From positions 693,630 to 757,629 of the forward strand of contig NMRA01000030.1 in assembly GCA_002633005.1 (NCBI GenBank): a DNA stretch of 64,000 bases, in the 5' to 3' direction. The notes beneath the pieces were generated by a model, which saw only the letters and a list, made by a program, of their open reading frames with translations, was not told the origin of the DNA and ran no database searches. Positions 14,941 to 29,302 of this stretch are shown piece after piece. The position numbers and the translations under genes are program-made. Within the stretch, counting starts at the first letter, position 1, and each line of letters begins with the position of its first letter. This DNA comes from Phoronis australis (Eukaryota; Animalia; Phoronida).

Positions 14941-17900
14941 TTAGACGACAAATGAGCTAGCTGAAACCTACTTAAGAAGGTAATTTGTTCAGTACGAAAA
15001 TGTTTGTCAATATCCGACCGAGGAACATAGCATTGTTCCACTATTTTAATTTAAACATTTTATTTTTTAATTATAGTCATGACTTCCATTGAGCAGAACA
15101 GAACTTACAAAGGAACCAATCAAAATGCATATAGCTGGTTCAACAAGAATCTCACTCTCACTCCTTGGCAACAGTCTCACTCCTTGACAACAGCATACAG
15201 TTGGTTAAGACAGCACAGAGCTAGGTTCATGACCAACAGGTGGTAACATTATACCTCTCCAGACCACTCCATAACCACCATTAAACAACCAATGTGTCCT
15301 GATTAAACAGTGGAGTTTATACTGATTCATAAAGTCTATTGATACACACTTGATTCGCCAGTGCAATAACTGCCAGGCAACGGTCACCAGACGATTATGT
15401 TCAGTTCTGTTTGATTTTGAGAAGTGCCAGAAAGCAAACATCTTAATTTCACCTTGATATTTATGTTTGATATTGTTTTATGATAAAGAATAAAATGACT
15501 GCATTTTTGTAAAACCAAAGCGAGCCAACGGTAAAAAATGAGTGTTTTACAAGGCAGACAACAAAGTAAAACCATTTAGTCAATGAACAGACATCACCTG
15601 GCTACAACTGTCTGAAAGTATCTATATACTAACATTTGTCTATTTCACCCATAAAATGAATTTCAATTTCCCAGCCAGACTAATTTGTAGATAATCCCTC
15701 TTGAAACCTTTTGCTTTCACACCATCAATTTCCACATAATAATACCATATTGTATATAAGTATTCATGTCGGCCATCAAATCTTTATTACATCCCAACTG
15801 AGTATCAAATAATGGCAATCAACAAATATACATTACATAACAGCACCCATTTCAAACAGTCACTGGCCAATAACCTTGTAGAATTTCTGAAGAAGATATA
15901 AATATTTGTGCTTAGAATTTTGAATACATTTCAAAGGCAGGCCTAAATACCACTAAGACTTACTTTTAATGTTTCCAGGATTAAACAACACTGCAATATT
16001 CACAGGAATGTGAATTACCAAGAATTGACAAGCCTTGCTAACCCAAAATAGATTTTTGATTGGAGAACAATGCACTAACACAGTGCACTTGAGGTGGACT
16101 CTATTCTAAAAATTTACTTGAGGGCTTCTCATACCAACACCATCGATGATTTGGGGAGTTTCAGTCAGTATGAACAGTTAACTTTAGTCAACAATCAAAG
16201 TTAGCAATGCAGGCTCACCTTCGTAAAAAAAACAGATCGCTTCAATGCAGTATCAATGTTTAACTTCGGTGACATTGGAGCAATCACCAGGTGTCACTGT
16301 TAATATATACGATACTTCTAATAAAAATTATGTCTGCATAATGTTTTTGGAGCGTCACTTTGTGATAATTTGGTGACCAACACATCAAATTGTAATACTA
16401 AAATTTTGCGTCTCACTAGGAAGTCAGTGTGAATGGTTCAACTAACTTCACAGTTAACACAGACAACCCTCTGGTACAGAGCCAAATTGGAGTGAAAAAG
16501 CCTATAAAGTGGAATTTGTGTGCTTATCAATTGCGAATATTTGTAATTATTTGGCATAGAAAATAAATCTGAAACTAAATAAGGCAATCCAGATCCTCCC
16601 AAGGATACTATTGTTTCACAAAATGTAGAATATAAATAGGTAAATAAAGCAACAAGAATGGATTAACTGAAAATTTTGGATGTAATAACGTCCTTTGTCA
16701 ACAGAAACAGAAATAAAGTAAATACAACACATTGCCACACATTGGTGTGAATGTAGTGATGTATAAGTTGCTAAATGTTCTTAAGAATGAGATTTGCGCG
16801 AAAACAATCCACCACACTCCTCAACCCATGTGTGGTGACATGTTGGAGAATAACCGTGCACAAAGTCACCACCCAGGTAACTCATTTACAAGTTGTCTGT
16901 CTAAGGGCAACTGCAGGTGAAGTAGGGTAGGATACCTTACAAAAGCATTAGTTCCTGCTGTATCTTAGCAGATAGTAGGCAAATATACATTAATGTGACA
17001 GAAGTACTAGACTGGACGGTTATGAGGATGAGACTGAGAATATTTTAGGCTACCACTTAGTAAAATTGTTGTTGAAATTAGTTTCACAAGAAGCAGTCAG
17101 ATTTTACTATTGGCAACACAATCTAAACTGGAAAACTAGTTTACAATTCTCTGCCAAACTTGAGTTTGGTCGCGAGTGCAAACAAAATCTGGCAGTGTAG
17201 GATTGTGGACACAAAAATAGGGTGTTTTAGTTTTTTAGTGTATTGTTTGTCAACTTCACAAAAACATCAGCATACTTCCAATTTGTTTGGGCATGTTTGC
17301 CAATGTAAACAACACTTAATAAAGTAATAACTTATTTGCCTGGATAAAAAATTGATAACTTGATTGTAATGTTCAACAGATATATTTGTAATTGTTTTAA
17401 CCTGAAATTTCTCAAAAATGGTAATGACAATTAAAGTTAGTTCTAACTCAGTCCAAATGTTGAATAGTATACCATGCTACTTCTAATGCATTTGAGTTCA
17501 AATGTTAACCAGAGCTGCCTGGTACGCCTGCCACTGCATGGTACAGCAACCCCTGCCTGTGGAGAGACTGTGAAGTCAACCAATTTTCCTTACAGAAATT
17601 TAACCTAATGACCTCTGATGCTACCAATTAGCTGAACATACAAACATGAACTAAAGGTGTTTTGAAGGACTAAAACTTCACAGACTAACTGGACATTGGA
17701 TATGGTTTTTGTAGTAGACAAAAGCAGCATGTAATTAGTATCGGGCTGATTAAGCCTTGTTTAATGATAATGTTCAAAGAGGAACCCAGTGGAAAGATCT
17801 GTAAACAAAGCATGGCCACTTGTTACAAAGACTTGAGACTTCTTGAAGTCACCGTGGAAATTTCACTACGGTAGTGCAGGAAATCACCATCTAAACTTTC

Positions 17901-19362
17901 CCAAATTGTGAAGACAGGCATAAGGAAAATTGACTAATGCATTTGTAAGAGTGAAATACACTGAGATTTAGCTACACAATTACTGAGCATTGTTTTGTCA
18001 TTACTGAGTTAAAGTATTATCATGAAAATCTTGCACCCTGAAGTCCTCACAAGACTCAGAAATGCGAAGCCTTTGAGTAAAAAATGAAAACAAACCAGAT
18101 TAGAAATATAATAAATATAGTGGTTTATATTAACTATGCAAATACAATGATCTGGAAAATTGAATGCTTTCTGGCAAGAAAGAGAGTGAACAGGGGCATG
18201 CCAGTGTGCGCAGGGGCCAACTAGTAGTTTTCCTTTGGGGGCATGTCAATCATAATTTGCCCAATTCTGTCATGCCTGCCTTAAATCATTAGCCAAGAGC
18301 AAGGAGTGCAAGTAGACTAGTTAGATTTTACAGTCAAATTAACAAGTAGGTGGGAAGATAACTGAAATTTAATGATAAAAATTTTATTATACCAACTATT
18401 TTGATCATTTTTTCTAGTTTTCCAGGTACATGTGATTAATCTAGGTTATTGATTGTGCATTGAAAGGATTATAGTGGCAATATCACACAGTCATACAGTC
18501 AAACAACTAGATTTTGAAAGAGTACATGGCTACACATGATAAGGATAACCAGCTACATGGCTACATGATAGGAATAGCTACATGGCTACGATAAGGAATC
18601 AACCAGCTCACTGTGTTGCACCTAACTTACAAACAATACAGACAGCAGAGAAGACACTGTAACATTAATGTCTTGGACTTTATTTGTCAAGATATCGATT
18701 GATTTCCCAAGTTATGGTGTGGTATCTGTCAGTTTTGTTTTTACTTACCTAGCAGTGAGTAGAATAAATCCACTGTGTCTTCATTGAGTAGAGACAATTT
18801 TTGCAAGCGCACATAACAATGCTTTCAACATCACACGCATGAACTATTACATCAAATTGAAAAACAAAATTAGATTTAAGTAAATGTCACATTTTTTGTT
18901 AGTGGAGTTCTAGATTGAATTGTATGTGAGAGACGTACTCAAAACCCGTGATGAGATAAATGAAGACAACCATCAAAGGTCATTCATTCAATTTCTTTAA
19001 AATACTTTCTTAGTCAATCATGTCCCATTAACACCTAGCAGGTAACCACTGACTGGAAACGAGCATTGTGAGAATTGGGATACAGGTTTGAAACCCCCAC
19101 AGTAATGAACATAATTTTAAAAGAAACTCTTTATCACATACATCTTTTACTCCAACACAGAAAACCACGTAAGAAAAAATTCTTTGCGTGGAAATGACAA
19201 CAAAACCAGATAGTAGTGATTAAAAAAAACCAACCGTGGCATTAAATGTAGGTCAAATTTATGGGATACGGACAAAAAGTCTGCATAAACCATTTTAGGG
19301 AAATTTTGGAAATTCTTATTTGGATGGACGTCTTTGTCCAACTTTTCTTTTTCTGCCCAACT

Positions 19363-20052
19363 CATCAAGGGATGAGACGTTACACCCCAACACAACCCAC
19401 AAGTTACATCAAGGGGTGAGGCATTACACTCCAAAACAACCCACAAGTTACATCAAGGGGTGAGGCATTACACTCCAAAACAACCCACAAGTTACATCAA
19501 GGGGTGAGGCATTACACTCCAAAACAACCCACAAGTTACATCAAGGGGTGAGGCATTACACTCCAAAACAACCCACAAGTTACATCAAGGGGTGAGGCAT
19601 TACACTCCAAAACAACCCACAAGTTACATCAAGGGGTGAGGCATTACACTCCAAAACAACCCACAAGTTACATCAAGGGGTGAGGCATTACACTCCAAAA
19701 CAACCCACAAGTTACATCAAGGGGTGAGGCATTACACTCCAAAACAACCCACAAGTTACATCAAGGGGTGAGGCATTACACTCCAAAACAACCCACAAGT
19801 TACATCAAGGGGTGAGGCATTACACTCCAAAACAACCCACAAGTTACATCAAGGGGTGAGGCATTACACTCCAAAACAACCCACAAGTTACATCAAGGGG
19901 TGAGGCATTACACTCCAAAACAACCCACAAGTTACATCAAGGGGTGAGGCATTACACTCCAAAACAACCCACAAGTTACATCAAGGGGTGAGGCATTACA
20001 CTCCAAAACAACCCACAAGTTACATCAAGGGGTGAGGCATTACACTCCAAAA
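19363..20052. repeat. Near-perfect 44 bp minisatellite (catcaaggggtgaggcattacactccaaaacaacccacaagtta), ~15.5 copies, ending at an N
   Basis: Period 44; copies identical except the first. Confidence 0.97.
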
Positions 20053-20053
20053 N

Positions 20054-20409
20054 TGCAAACACCGTCCACTGACTCACAAACACGGGAACGGACTCACAAA
20101 ACACGATCCACGCACCCAAATACACGGGACACGGACTCATATTCACGAGGAAACACGGTAAACGGACCGCCAAACACGGGTCACGGACTCATCGGCTTCC
20201 TGGGTCAGCTGACATCTTCATTTTGTCCGTGACCCGTGTTTGGCGGTCCGTTAACCGTGTTTCCTCGTGAATATGAGTCCGTGTCCCATGTATTTGGGTG
20301 CGTGGATCGTGTTTTGTGAGTCCGTTCCCGTGTTTGTGAGTCAATGGACGGTGTTTACAGGTCCGTGAGTCGTGTTTATGAGTCCGTTGACCGTGTAGTT
20401 TAGGTACCT
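20054..20409. mobile_element. Foldback-type element, left end truncated at the N
   Basis: Inverted arms 20054-20188 and 20225-20359 built of cacgg/actcac sub-repeats, 36-nt spacer; the right arm continues unpaired to ~20409. Confidence 0.8.
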
Positions 20410-20645
20410 TGAAACAAAGAAGTGAAGGGGACACAAGGTAGTGACGGGCACACAAGGCAGTGAAGAAAACACAAGGCAGTGAAGGACACATAATATAGTG
20501 AAGTACAAACAAGGTAGTGAAGGCCACACAAGGTAGCCAGTGCAGTGCACACCAAAGGTAGAGAAAGGCACACAAGGTAGTGAAGGGCATACAACATAGT
20601 GAAGGGCACACAAGGAAGTGAAGGGCACAGAAGGTAGTGAAGTAC
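20410..20645. repeat. ~20 bp minisatellite (cacaaggtagtgaagggca)
   Basis: About 11 degenerate copies; explains the Cys/Leu-rich repeat ORFs. Confidence 0.9.
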
Positions 20646-23326
20646 ATGGCTGCTGTTGATTTTCTAATTATCTGGAATCCCCATTGTCAATAACTGTGTT
20701 TACACAGTGGGCTGAGCAACAGCTGTGGCCCAACCAGACAGTTCTATGATGAGAATTATCTCCCCTCTTTCACTGTAACAGACAGCAGGTGGAGTGATCA
20801 GGCAGCTGACATTAGTGCGACTTGATCAGAGCCATAAACACTTATTGATAATTAATAATTATTGACTAATTAAAGAGTATTATCATGCTAAGTGTTTTTC
20901 TGCAGATGTTTAAATTGAATATATTATTCATTTATTTAAAGCTGCTCTTCATTTCCTTTCTGCCACACAAACAAAATTTTGATTTAGACCACTTGGCTGG
21001 AGACAAGCCCGCAGTGTACTTGTGAGACATTTGCACTCTTTAAGTATAACTCGATCAATAACTCCTTAAGAGTCGGACTCGATATCTTCAGATCAGAGCT
21101 TTGTGTAATTGTAACGGTAATCGCCAGATGGCGTGTTGAAGTTGATGGCTGATAAAGTTGTTTGTTGGTATTTGACATTGGCTCGGTTTTCTTCATTTAT
21201 TGATCATATATGTTGGTAGCTGGTATTACCACCTACACTACAACTTGGACTATTAGTCAATTTAAGGACCTAAAGTCAAATTCAAATATACTTACGCCCA
21301 AGCACATATTTGGAAGTGAAAAAAAAATTCACTCCACTATGGCTTCCATCTGATGTCACTGATGTATGATTGTCCCCGTAGGTGTAGAAAATTTACATCA
21401 ACTAGGCCTACAGTTTTGGTGTCCATTTCACATTCAATTGGGGAATTTTTAAGATTCAACCATGCATATCTTTCCCAAATGGGCATATCTACGGAAACTT
21501 AGTGGTTCTACGTCCACTGCAACTAAAAATCAATGTCTGTAGAAAACTCCAGGGACTGTTCTACATCTATAGTCACAACTTCTATCGTCATCTGAAAAAT
21601 GATTTCTGGGTATGGAAATACCCGAGGTTTCACTAATGTGTGAGACCATGCTTGGCGCACAAACTGACCCCCCCACCCCCATGACAAGCCATGGCTGATG
21701 GTTAGCCTGGTGCAAAGCAATAATGAATTGTTGCAGGAACAAATTGAGACATGGTAAGAACTCTAAGTAGTCTAAATCTAAAATATTTTTACAAACAATG
21801 GATTTATACCAAATTATAAAACACTAGCACTTTACCATAGGCGCCTGAAATTCAGTGCCAGTATCAGTTATAAGCTTCTGACAGCAAGACTACCATCTGA
21901 CTACCACGTGACTCTACGGTGAGCGCCGCGACTGACACAACTGTGCAATTTCAGTAAACAACATCATGTGCACAGATATTTTTTTGTAAATTATATGCAA
22001 AGTTGCTGATCCCTCTTCTTTCTGCTATCATTAGCTAAAAACAACAACTGACAGTAGTATCACCATGAGCAAGCAAATGTTTAGAATTTTAAACTCAGGG
22101 AGACCAGACAACACAATGTTCAATAGAAAACTATTGCAACTGAGGTTCAAAAGCTATCCACCACATATCACTTACTTTGCACAAAATAAGTTGTCATTTT
22201 TATATTTTTCAAAGACTGTCTTCCCATCCGTGAACAATGTAAATGTAAATTTTGCCAGGTCTTTTCGTGAAACATCTTAACAGTTAACCGAGCAAATTAC
22301 CAACTGAAATTTTCTTAAATATTTATTTTTGTTGAGAATTTTGACAAAATAAAAATTCAGTAACACGTTTGATACAATGTGTACTAAATAGGCGGAGAAC
22401 TAGCCAACTGTTGTAAAAACAATCCTGAACATGAGCAATGATACTAAGAAACACGTCTCAAACATTTCAGTGTCTGAGTTCAGTTTGAATTGAAAATCGT
22501 GACTAGTCATAGAACACTGCATTGACTAGTCGTAGAACACTGAATTTCATTAGAACAACAGAAGAACATGCAATTTTTAAATAAAAGTTACTAAAATAAA
22601 ATCAAGCAGATAAAAGATACAGTATTAGAACACCAATATAGTAAAACATGAAAAAGTCAGACACACGTGTCACATCTTCATTTAAAAGTTCCTGCTAGAT
22701 GATGCACTGTTTTTCAGATCATAAGTAAATTCTCTTGATCCACAAGAATCCAACTGATGCTAGTTTTAGTCTATTTACCTCTAGTTATTATTTCCAGACT
22801 TTTGTGAATGGATGATCTCAGGAGTACACTTCAAATCAACAGGTATTTTCACCTGTAAGCAATTATTACCTTTCAAGCCTGAGGCTGATAGAACAGTCTG
22901 TAAATCATTACCATCCCACTAGGCTTTCAATAGATTTGTGAAGATGTTTCTTTGAATGTACAGGAAACTGTCAATTACACAGGGAAATTCAAGTGGAGAT
23001 AGTAAGCTTGCATTTCATAATATCTTGCTAAGAGGACCAGTACTCTGGTGCAATATTGCATGTTAAGGATAGGTGCATGACATATGAATACAAAGCGAAG
23101 CGTTCATAAGGAGGCACACTCTAAGCAAAGCTCCATTAAACGCTGATCAACACAAAATTGAACATTGTTGAATGAATATGTCAAATGAAAAAGACAAAAG
23201 AAATCTCACGATTGCTGCGTGAACAGCTGTTCAATTTATGAATGAACTTACACACAATATACGACACATGAAGATGAAGGCTGTGAAGACAGGATACAAG
23301 ATATTGAATTATTTTCAGTACTTATT

Positions 23327-23440
23327 CAGGGCAATAATTGGACATAATGTGCCCATATTTTGATAACAAGTTTGATGCGTTATTCAGTGGAGAAAACTGG
23401 TTCTCAAAATGCATTATATCTGACCATTTAACCCTGTCTC
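23327..23440. mobile_element. Short MITE-like repeat with a second, inverted copy at ~48243-48355
   Basis: Shared core (ttttgagaacca.ttttctccactga.taacg.catcaaact) in opposite orientations at the two sites. Confidence 0.55.
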
Positions 23441-24166
23441 AGTAACAGGTGTGGAAAAATGTCAACAGAAACAAGTCAAACGAAAACATACAAATTAAAT
23501 CAACATGTACAAATTAGCAAATATAAATAAACATAACTGCTTTTGACCCAAATTTCATGGGAAGATGTGTGGACCAACACCACAAAGTAACTGTAATGAT
23601 TTGGTGCTTGTTTGAGGAACATGCAGCCAAATTGACTGACAACATCAATATCATCATGGACTGTAATATAGACAAGTATCATACTTGTCCATATTACAGT
23701 CCATGCTCTACTTACCACCAATCTCCCAATTTACACACTGACACTTCCTTAAAAGTGACTGTGTGTGTGTCAATGTTGACCTCTGTTTCAGCAGAATGTT
23801 AATTCCCATAAAGTGTACAACTCACTCACCTAATTTTCGTTATAACCATGAGTTACGACCATGAGTTATAACCATGAATTATAACCATGAGTTACAGTCA
23901 GTTTGAGCAGAACTTTGCTTCATTCAGAAAAGAATTACTGTAGGAGACATGAGAATGACTTTTGTCTCATGCGCTTTCCATCTTACTTAAAAAAGGTGAA
24001 AGTATTCTCGTGAGCACTGTGGCCAACTCATTACGTGTGTAAGATTTGCACGTGAAAATTTAAAGACAACTTACGTAAAAGATGAGTAATACTATTGAAT
24101 TGCTGCGAGCAATCACTCTTTTCTATACGCCAAGCCCCTTTTTACATTGTCTAGACAATCTACTCA

Positions 24167-24338
24167 CCGTAAACTCGCGGGTTTACACCCTAGGCGCTTA
24201 AATTGGGAAACTCTGAGACAGGGGGTGAGCAATTATCCAAGCAGTGGGCGCTTTTAAGCGTTTTAAAAAACGGAAAATTGGCAAAAAGTCGGGGGTAGAC
24301 GATTACCCGGGGATGGGCATTAACCCGCGACTTTACCG
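24167..24338. mobile_element. Tc1/mariner-pogo-like MITE
   Basis: Imperfect TIRs ccgtaaactcgcgggtt / aacccgcgactttaccg. Confidence 0.55.
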
Positions 24339-25644
24339 CATGTTTTTCCTAACTCTTGCACCTAAGATCCATGTCAGTGTAGCTCCTTGGCTGTTTATCT
24401 GATTGACTGTTCAGGTAAGCGCTCATCTCAGACTTCTTACAAAAAATTGGTGTTTAAGTAGCCACTCACACCTCAATGCCCATCCTTGATTTTTGACTTC
24501 CCAGTTCAGGTTCCCTGACACTACACAAAATGAAAAGATGAGCCAGCCAGTTCACAGAGATCCCAGTGTTCAGCTATGGAGAACCATTTGTCACTTCCTG
24601 ACAAGAGTTCATGAATTACTTCTTAGTACCAAGTTGAGACCAATCATAGCAGAAAGTTGTAGGATTATCAAAATTATTTACTTTGCATAAAAGCTGAAAG
24701 ATGTGGGGATTGGATTAAAATTAAGTAAAAACGCTGTCACATTAAAATCATTTTTAGACTATTTGACAACTTGCTGAAACACGCCGAGGACGTGTGGACA
24801 TAGGGAACTTTGGCCAGCATGGGTTTTTAATCATACCATACTCAGATTGTATAAGTCAGCTAACACAGTTTTCCCAGTTTTTGAGAACCCACAGAAAGTT
24901 GGTATGACAGAGCACTAAAACTGAAGAACCTGCCACCTTCCATACTTTTCATAAAATAAAAATATAGGCCAGAGTGAGGTATTTACACAAAACATTTCAG
25001 GAGGAAGTGATCAACATATAGGTATATTTAGACAGTCCAGGGGGTAGTGACATCAAAAATGAACAACTGTTGACAGGTAAAAGAAAGGCAGGGGGTCAAG
25101 TTTCAATGATAACATGTTTTACCTGGTAACAACAAAAACACGAAAGCAGTGCCTGTTCTTATGTGATAAAGGTGTGCATGCATGTGGGTGTGTGCATTTG
25201 TTGGGCTATGTATATCACCATTAACCATAGTGTGATACAGGTATCACCGTATCGGTCATCTTAACTTTTTGGAGGTCATTAATTCCAAGCCCGGTAGCTT
25301 ACACCTGAACAGGTAGATTAGAGTTTGTATCAAAAAATTGAGTAATTCAAAGAGGAATTATATTTTCAGTGGCCTACCATATATAGCAGGATTCAAATAG
25401 GTAAAGTCTCATCAGTTTCTAAAAAAAAATAATTGCCAAAATGGGTCATTTTTCATTTTTCAAAAGCTTGTATTATTGTTTTGAAAGTCTATAAACATTG
25501 TCAGAATCAATATACAGGTAGCTATGGCATAGACCTTAAAATAATACAGCACTTATTTGATGCTATTTATCTTCTATTAAAAACAAAAATGAAAATTCGC
25601 ATTGGCCATACTGTGTCTCCAACTGATGAGATTTTATCATAAAA

Positions 25645-25790
25645 ATTTCAAGACTGGACTTGAACATCACTTTACCACGAAAAAATATCTCAAGACTGGA
25701 CTTGAACATCACTTTACCACGAAAAAATATCACAAGACTGGACTTGAACATCACTTTACCATAAAAACTATCAAGACTGGACTTGAACAC
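25645..25790. repeat. 42 bp minisatellite, ~3.5 copies
   Basis: caagactggacttgaacatcactttacc repeated with period 42. Confidence 0.92.
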
Positions 25791-28700
25791 TTTGTAACTT
25801 TGAGTGTAGCCGACTAAATCTGTTTTTATGCAATGCAGTCACATCTATTATCATGTTAAATAATGTTTAATTCTTTTTATCTAAGATGGTCAACAGTTGA
25901 CAGTGAAGGATTACATACTTATTTACTCAAGTCAATTTCCCACTTAGTCATGTTCACTTATACTACAAAAGCACCCAATATAGCTACTGGACCTCATCCA
26001 AAATTTCTTAATCAAGCGTAAAAAACATTGAAAAACAACCATTAATACTTGCTCAACAGATAAAGGGAAGAGAAGTTGAACATCCTTGTTTGTAGTGAAG
26101 AGGAAAACAACTGGAACATATTAAATGGGTCAAAGAACATACACAAAGTATCCACATCATTAAGGAAAACCACAGTCTAAATATTGATGAGATGGACCAT
26201 CAGGTATTACTCAACACCAAGCTCATGCATCATGCAGAGGGATGAAAAGTAAACTACAAATGTTTAATTTCATTACAAAATATCTTCAAGGGGGTGGTGA
26301 CATACAAAATGACACCAGAGGCTATTGTAAGGTTCTCCCTATCCCTGGTCAAAACTTCCCATTTTGTCTACAGAATAAAAAATATCCGCAATGAATTTTT
26401 GATAATTTTTACGCTACCATAATTTGTGTCCAAAAGAGCTGCTGCTTCCACTCAGGTCCAAGTGACTTTCAAAACAACACATGAACAACACATCACTGTG
26501 ACATTTAAACAAAAAAACATAAACAACACAACATCACTGTGACAATTTACAGTAACTAAATAATAAGCACAAACTGAATGTTTTTATATTGAACCGACCA
26601 TGAAACCCAAATTGTACAACCCTTGCAGTTAACCAGTCGGAGGTGCATGCTGCAGGAAAAAAATGATTGAACAAAAAGATAGTAAGCTAGACTGAAAATC
26701 ACAATTTACTTAGAATTAGGGATTTCACCCCTTTGACTAGTTGTAACTTGTAGAGTCGTAAAACAAGACCTCAAATCAAAAACCACAAGCCCTGTTTCTT
26801 TTTCTTGACTGGGAACCCAGTCAAAAGAAGTCGATTAGGACAGCTGTCAGTAGACAATCCCTCCTATGACACACCACCACATCATGCAGGAAAGAATGTG
26901 TTGTCATGGAGACCTTTCATGGCACATGCTCAGTCATGACTTCAGTCAGCTGTCTGTGTAACCTCCTATAGATACTTTCCCAGAGATTTAAATCAAATTC
27001 ACAATTTGCCAAAAAGGCACCAATTAATAATGTCAGTTTCTTCAGTTTTGCTAAAAATAATTGACAATTACTAATTTTTATAAATCCAGGCTTATTATAT
27101 AGCTTTAAATACTCAATGAATTAGTTTCTATTTATAAAGATCTTCACTGCCAAACTTTGATGGGCATTTACTACTGCAGACAGATGTACGAAATATTTGT
27201 TACCAAGGGGTATTTTTCAAAAAAAAATACCCTGGTGTTGGTTAATTGGCGAAAATGGACCCCGTACTTTTGCTCAAAGTGACCCTGTTTAGTTGCAAAC
27301 CAGCAAATTTTCCTCAATTTCAAACAAAATAATTGCCGAAATAACTATTTTCCACTTTCCAAAAGCTCAAACTTCATTGTTCAAATGCTCAATTTTTCTC
27401 GTGTGTTTGTTGACAGCAGCAGTACAATGTAAACTGTACAAATAAAGAAGTAATTTTGTTAAGTAACATATCATTCTTCCACCTAGTTGTGTTCTTACCA
27501 ACTGGAGACACTTTACTGCATTATGCTAAATTCCGTCACTAGGTGGCAGGAGGCTACATATTTGGTCAGAGAAAAAGCACTCAAGCATTTTATGGCTTTT
27601 AAAAATTGCAAAATTATAAACTAGGGACCATGCCATGACAAAAACCAATTGATATTAATAGAAAAGAAATAAAGATGTTTAGGCTGAACCTTTGTTTTTT
27701 TACCAATTTAAAATTAGCCTTTGCATTTGATATACGGTAATGCAAAAGAATTTTGAGTTCCAACACAACAAATACTGTTGGCAAAATTCCACAATTTGCC
27801 AAGGTTGAAAACTACTGTCTAAAATATAATAGGAGTGTGCCACCAATGTTGCAAAAATAACAGCTAGAATCAGAAGGAATTTTTATGACGTAGCACGAAC
27901 AGACAGCTCTGTATCACAGATGTAAGGTTTAATATACAGATCTTTAGAAATGCCAGACCTCACAAGAATTTGGGGTTCAAACATGACGATAAATATTTAC
28001 TTTAATGATGAACATGGCATTCAAGCACATTTTCTACATAGCATGAAACTAAACAAAGTGATGCAGGTCATATTTTTCATCTAATGCCTAACAAATTAGG
28101 CAAAACATGCAGAAAATTAAGTATTAATACCATAACCAATCAATGAAAAGAGAGCACTATAGCACAGTAACATGTACTCAGGAGATTTTTTGATGTAAAA
28201 AATATGAAATGTAGACATTCTTAAGACCGGGGTAAGGAGTTAGTAACATGCTATTGATTAATAACTAGTTACTGATTAGTAACTTAGTTGCTAGTCATTG
28301 ATTACTAAGCACAACAAAATATAATTAACAAAATATTAGTATATAATTTAATTTTATTGCACCTACCCGCAGGCTTAAAGTACACGACATTAATCTGCAT
28401 GTTCACACAAACATCCAAGTATTGACCACAAAGTCATGTCTCATTTAAAATTTATCCATGGATAATTTGTGAATGAATCAGTCAACACGGCAGGCAGCGT
28501 CAAGGGGTCTCAATTTCTCGTGACATTTAAAACCTCAATATGAATCCCTTTAGAAAGCTCTTCAAACAACAAGATTGATGCAGCTTCAAACACACATGGG
28601 GAGACTATCTTCAAATTAAACAGAATTTGTAAATTTTCATGCAAGATTTGCACCATGTCAAAGGTCACATGTATCATACAGGACCAATCAACCAACAGAA

Positions 28701-28970
28701 GAGTTTTGTCACTAGAGGGCTCTTCAATCAAAACCATCCACTGAAGCTTGTACCTTGTCAAGTTTGCAGCACTCATGGAAACAGCCACTGATACCAGACT
28801 AAGTCCACCTGGAAAGGAGTAACGGCCATGCAGACGAAATACAGCACTGCCTTTTGCAATGGGACCACATTTTGAGGACCATTGAATAACAATTTCCTAG
28901 CAATGGATCAGTGTGCATTAAGGCAGATCCCTTCAACAAATAAAAATTTATTTCAAAATTTTTCTCATCA

Positions 28971-29302
28971 TCATGTTGTGTCAATGGAATTTTCCGAATC
29001 TCCTTCCAACAACTGAGTGTCCACATTTTCTGGGTTATGTAATTTCGACAGCTCATCATTTTCAACAAGCACTTTAAGTTCGTCAGAATTAACTGCAATT
29101 CTCTCTGGGTGAAGTTTCTTATCTAAAAATGTTGGAGTTGCATCCTCTTCTTCCACACAAGGGACATAACTACTGATATAGTCTACAGGATCACTGCGTA
29201 TCATTAGTCCCAAATGTGATTCTCTAGCTTGTGCAAGCGATTCAATCATAGACTTGGATGAGGGTAACTTGTCCTTTCCCTTTAACTTCGCAAGTCGGTT
29301 TT
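28971..29302 (-). CDS. CCDC32: CCDC32-like exon 2 (ENRLAKLKGK...SENSIDTT*)
   Basis: tttgtttttctag acceptor, phase 1; lies within ORF 28971..29339. Confidence 0.88.

Noticed and set aside
19363-20052. CRISPR-like array
   Set aside because: Units are contiguous and identical with no spacers, there are no cas genes, and the context is eukaryotic: a minisatellite.
20189-20647. Cys/Leu-rich overlapping ORFs
   Set aside because: Translations of the 20-mer repeat and the foldback element.
21030-21260. Penelope-like 3' end with a hammerhead ribozyme (minus strand)
   Set aside because: CTGAAGA and a small stem are present, but there is no GAAA core or stem III, and the protein similarity is too degenerate.
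28510-29098. ORFs 28510..28788 and 28799..29098
   Set aside because: Alternative-frame or 3' UTR ORFs of the CCDC32-like exon with no recognisable motifs.
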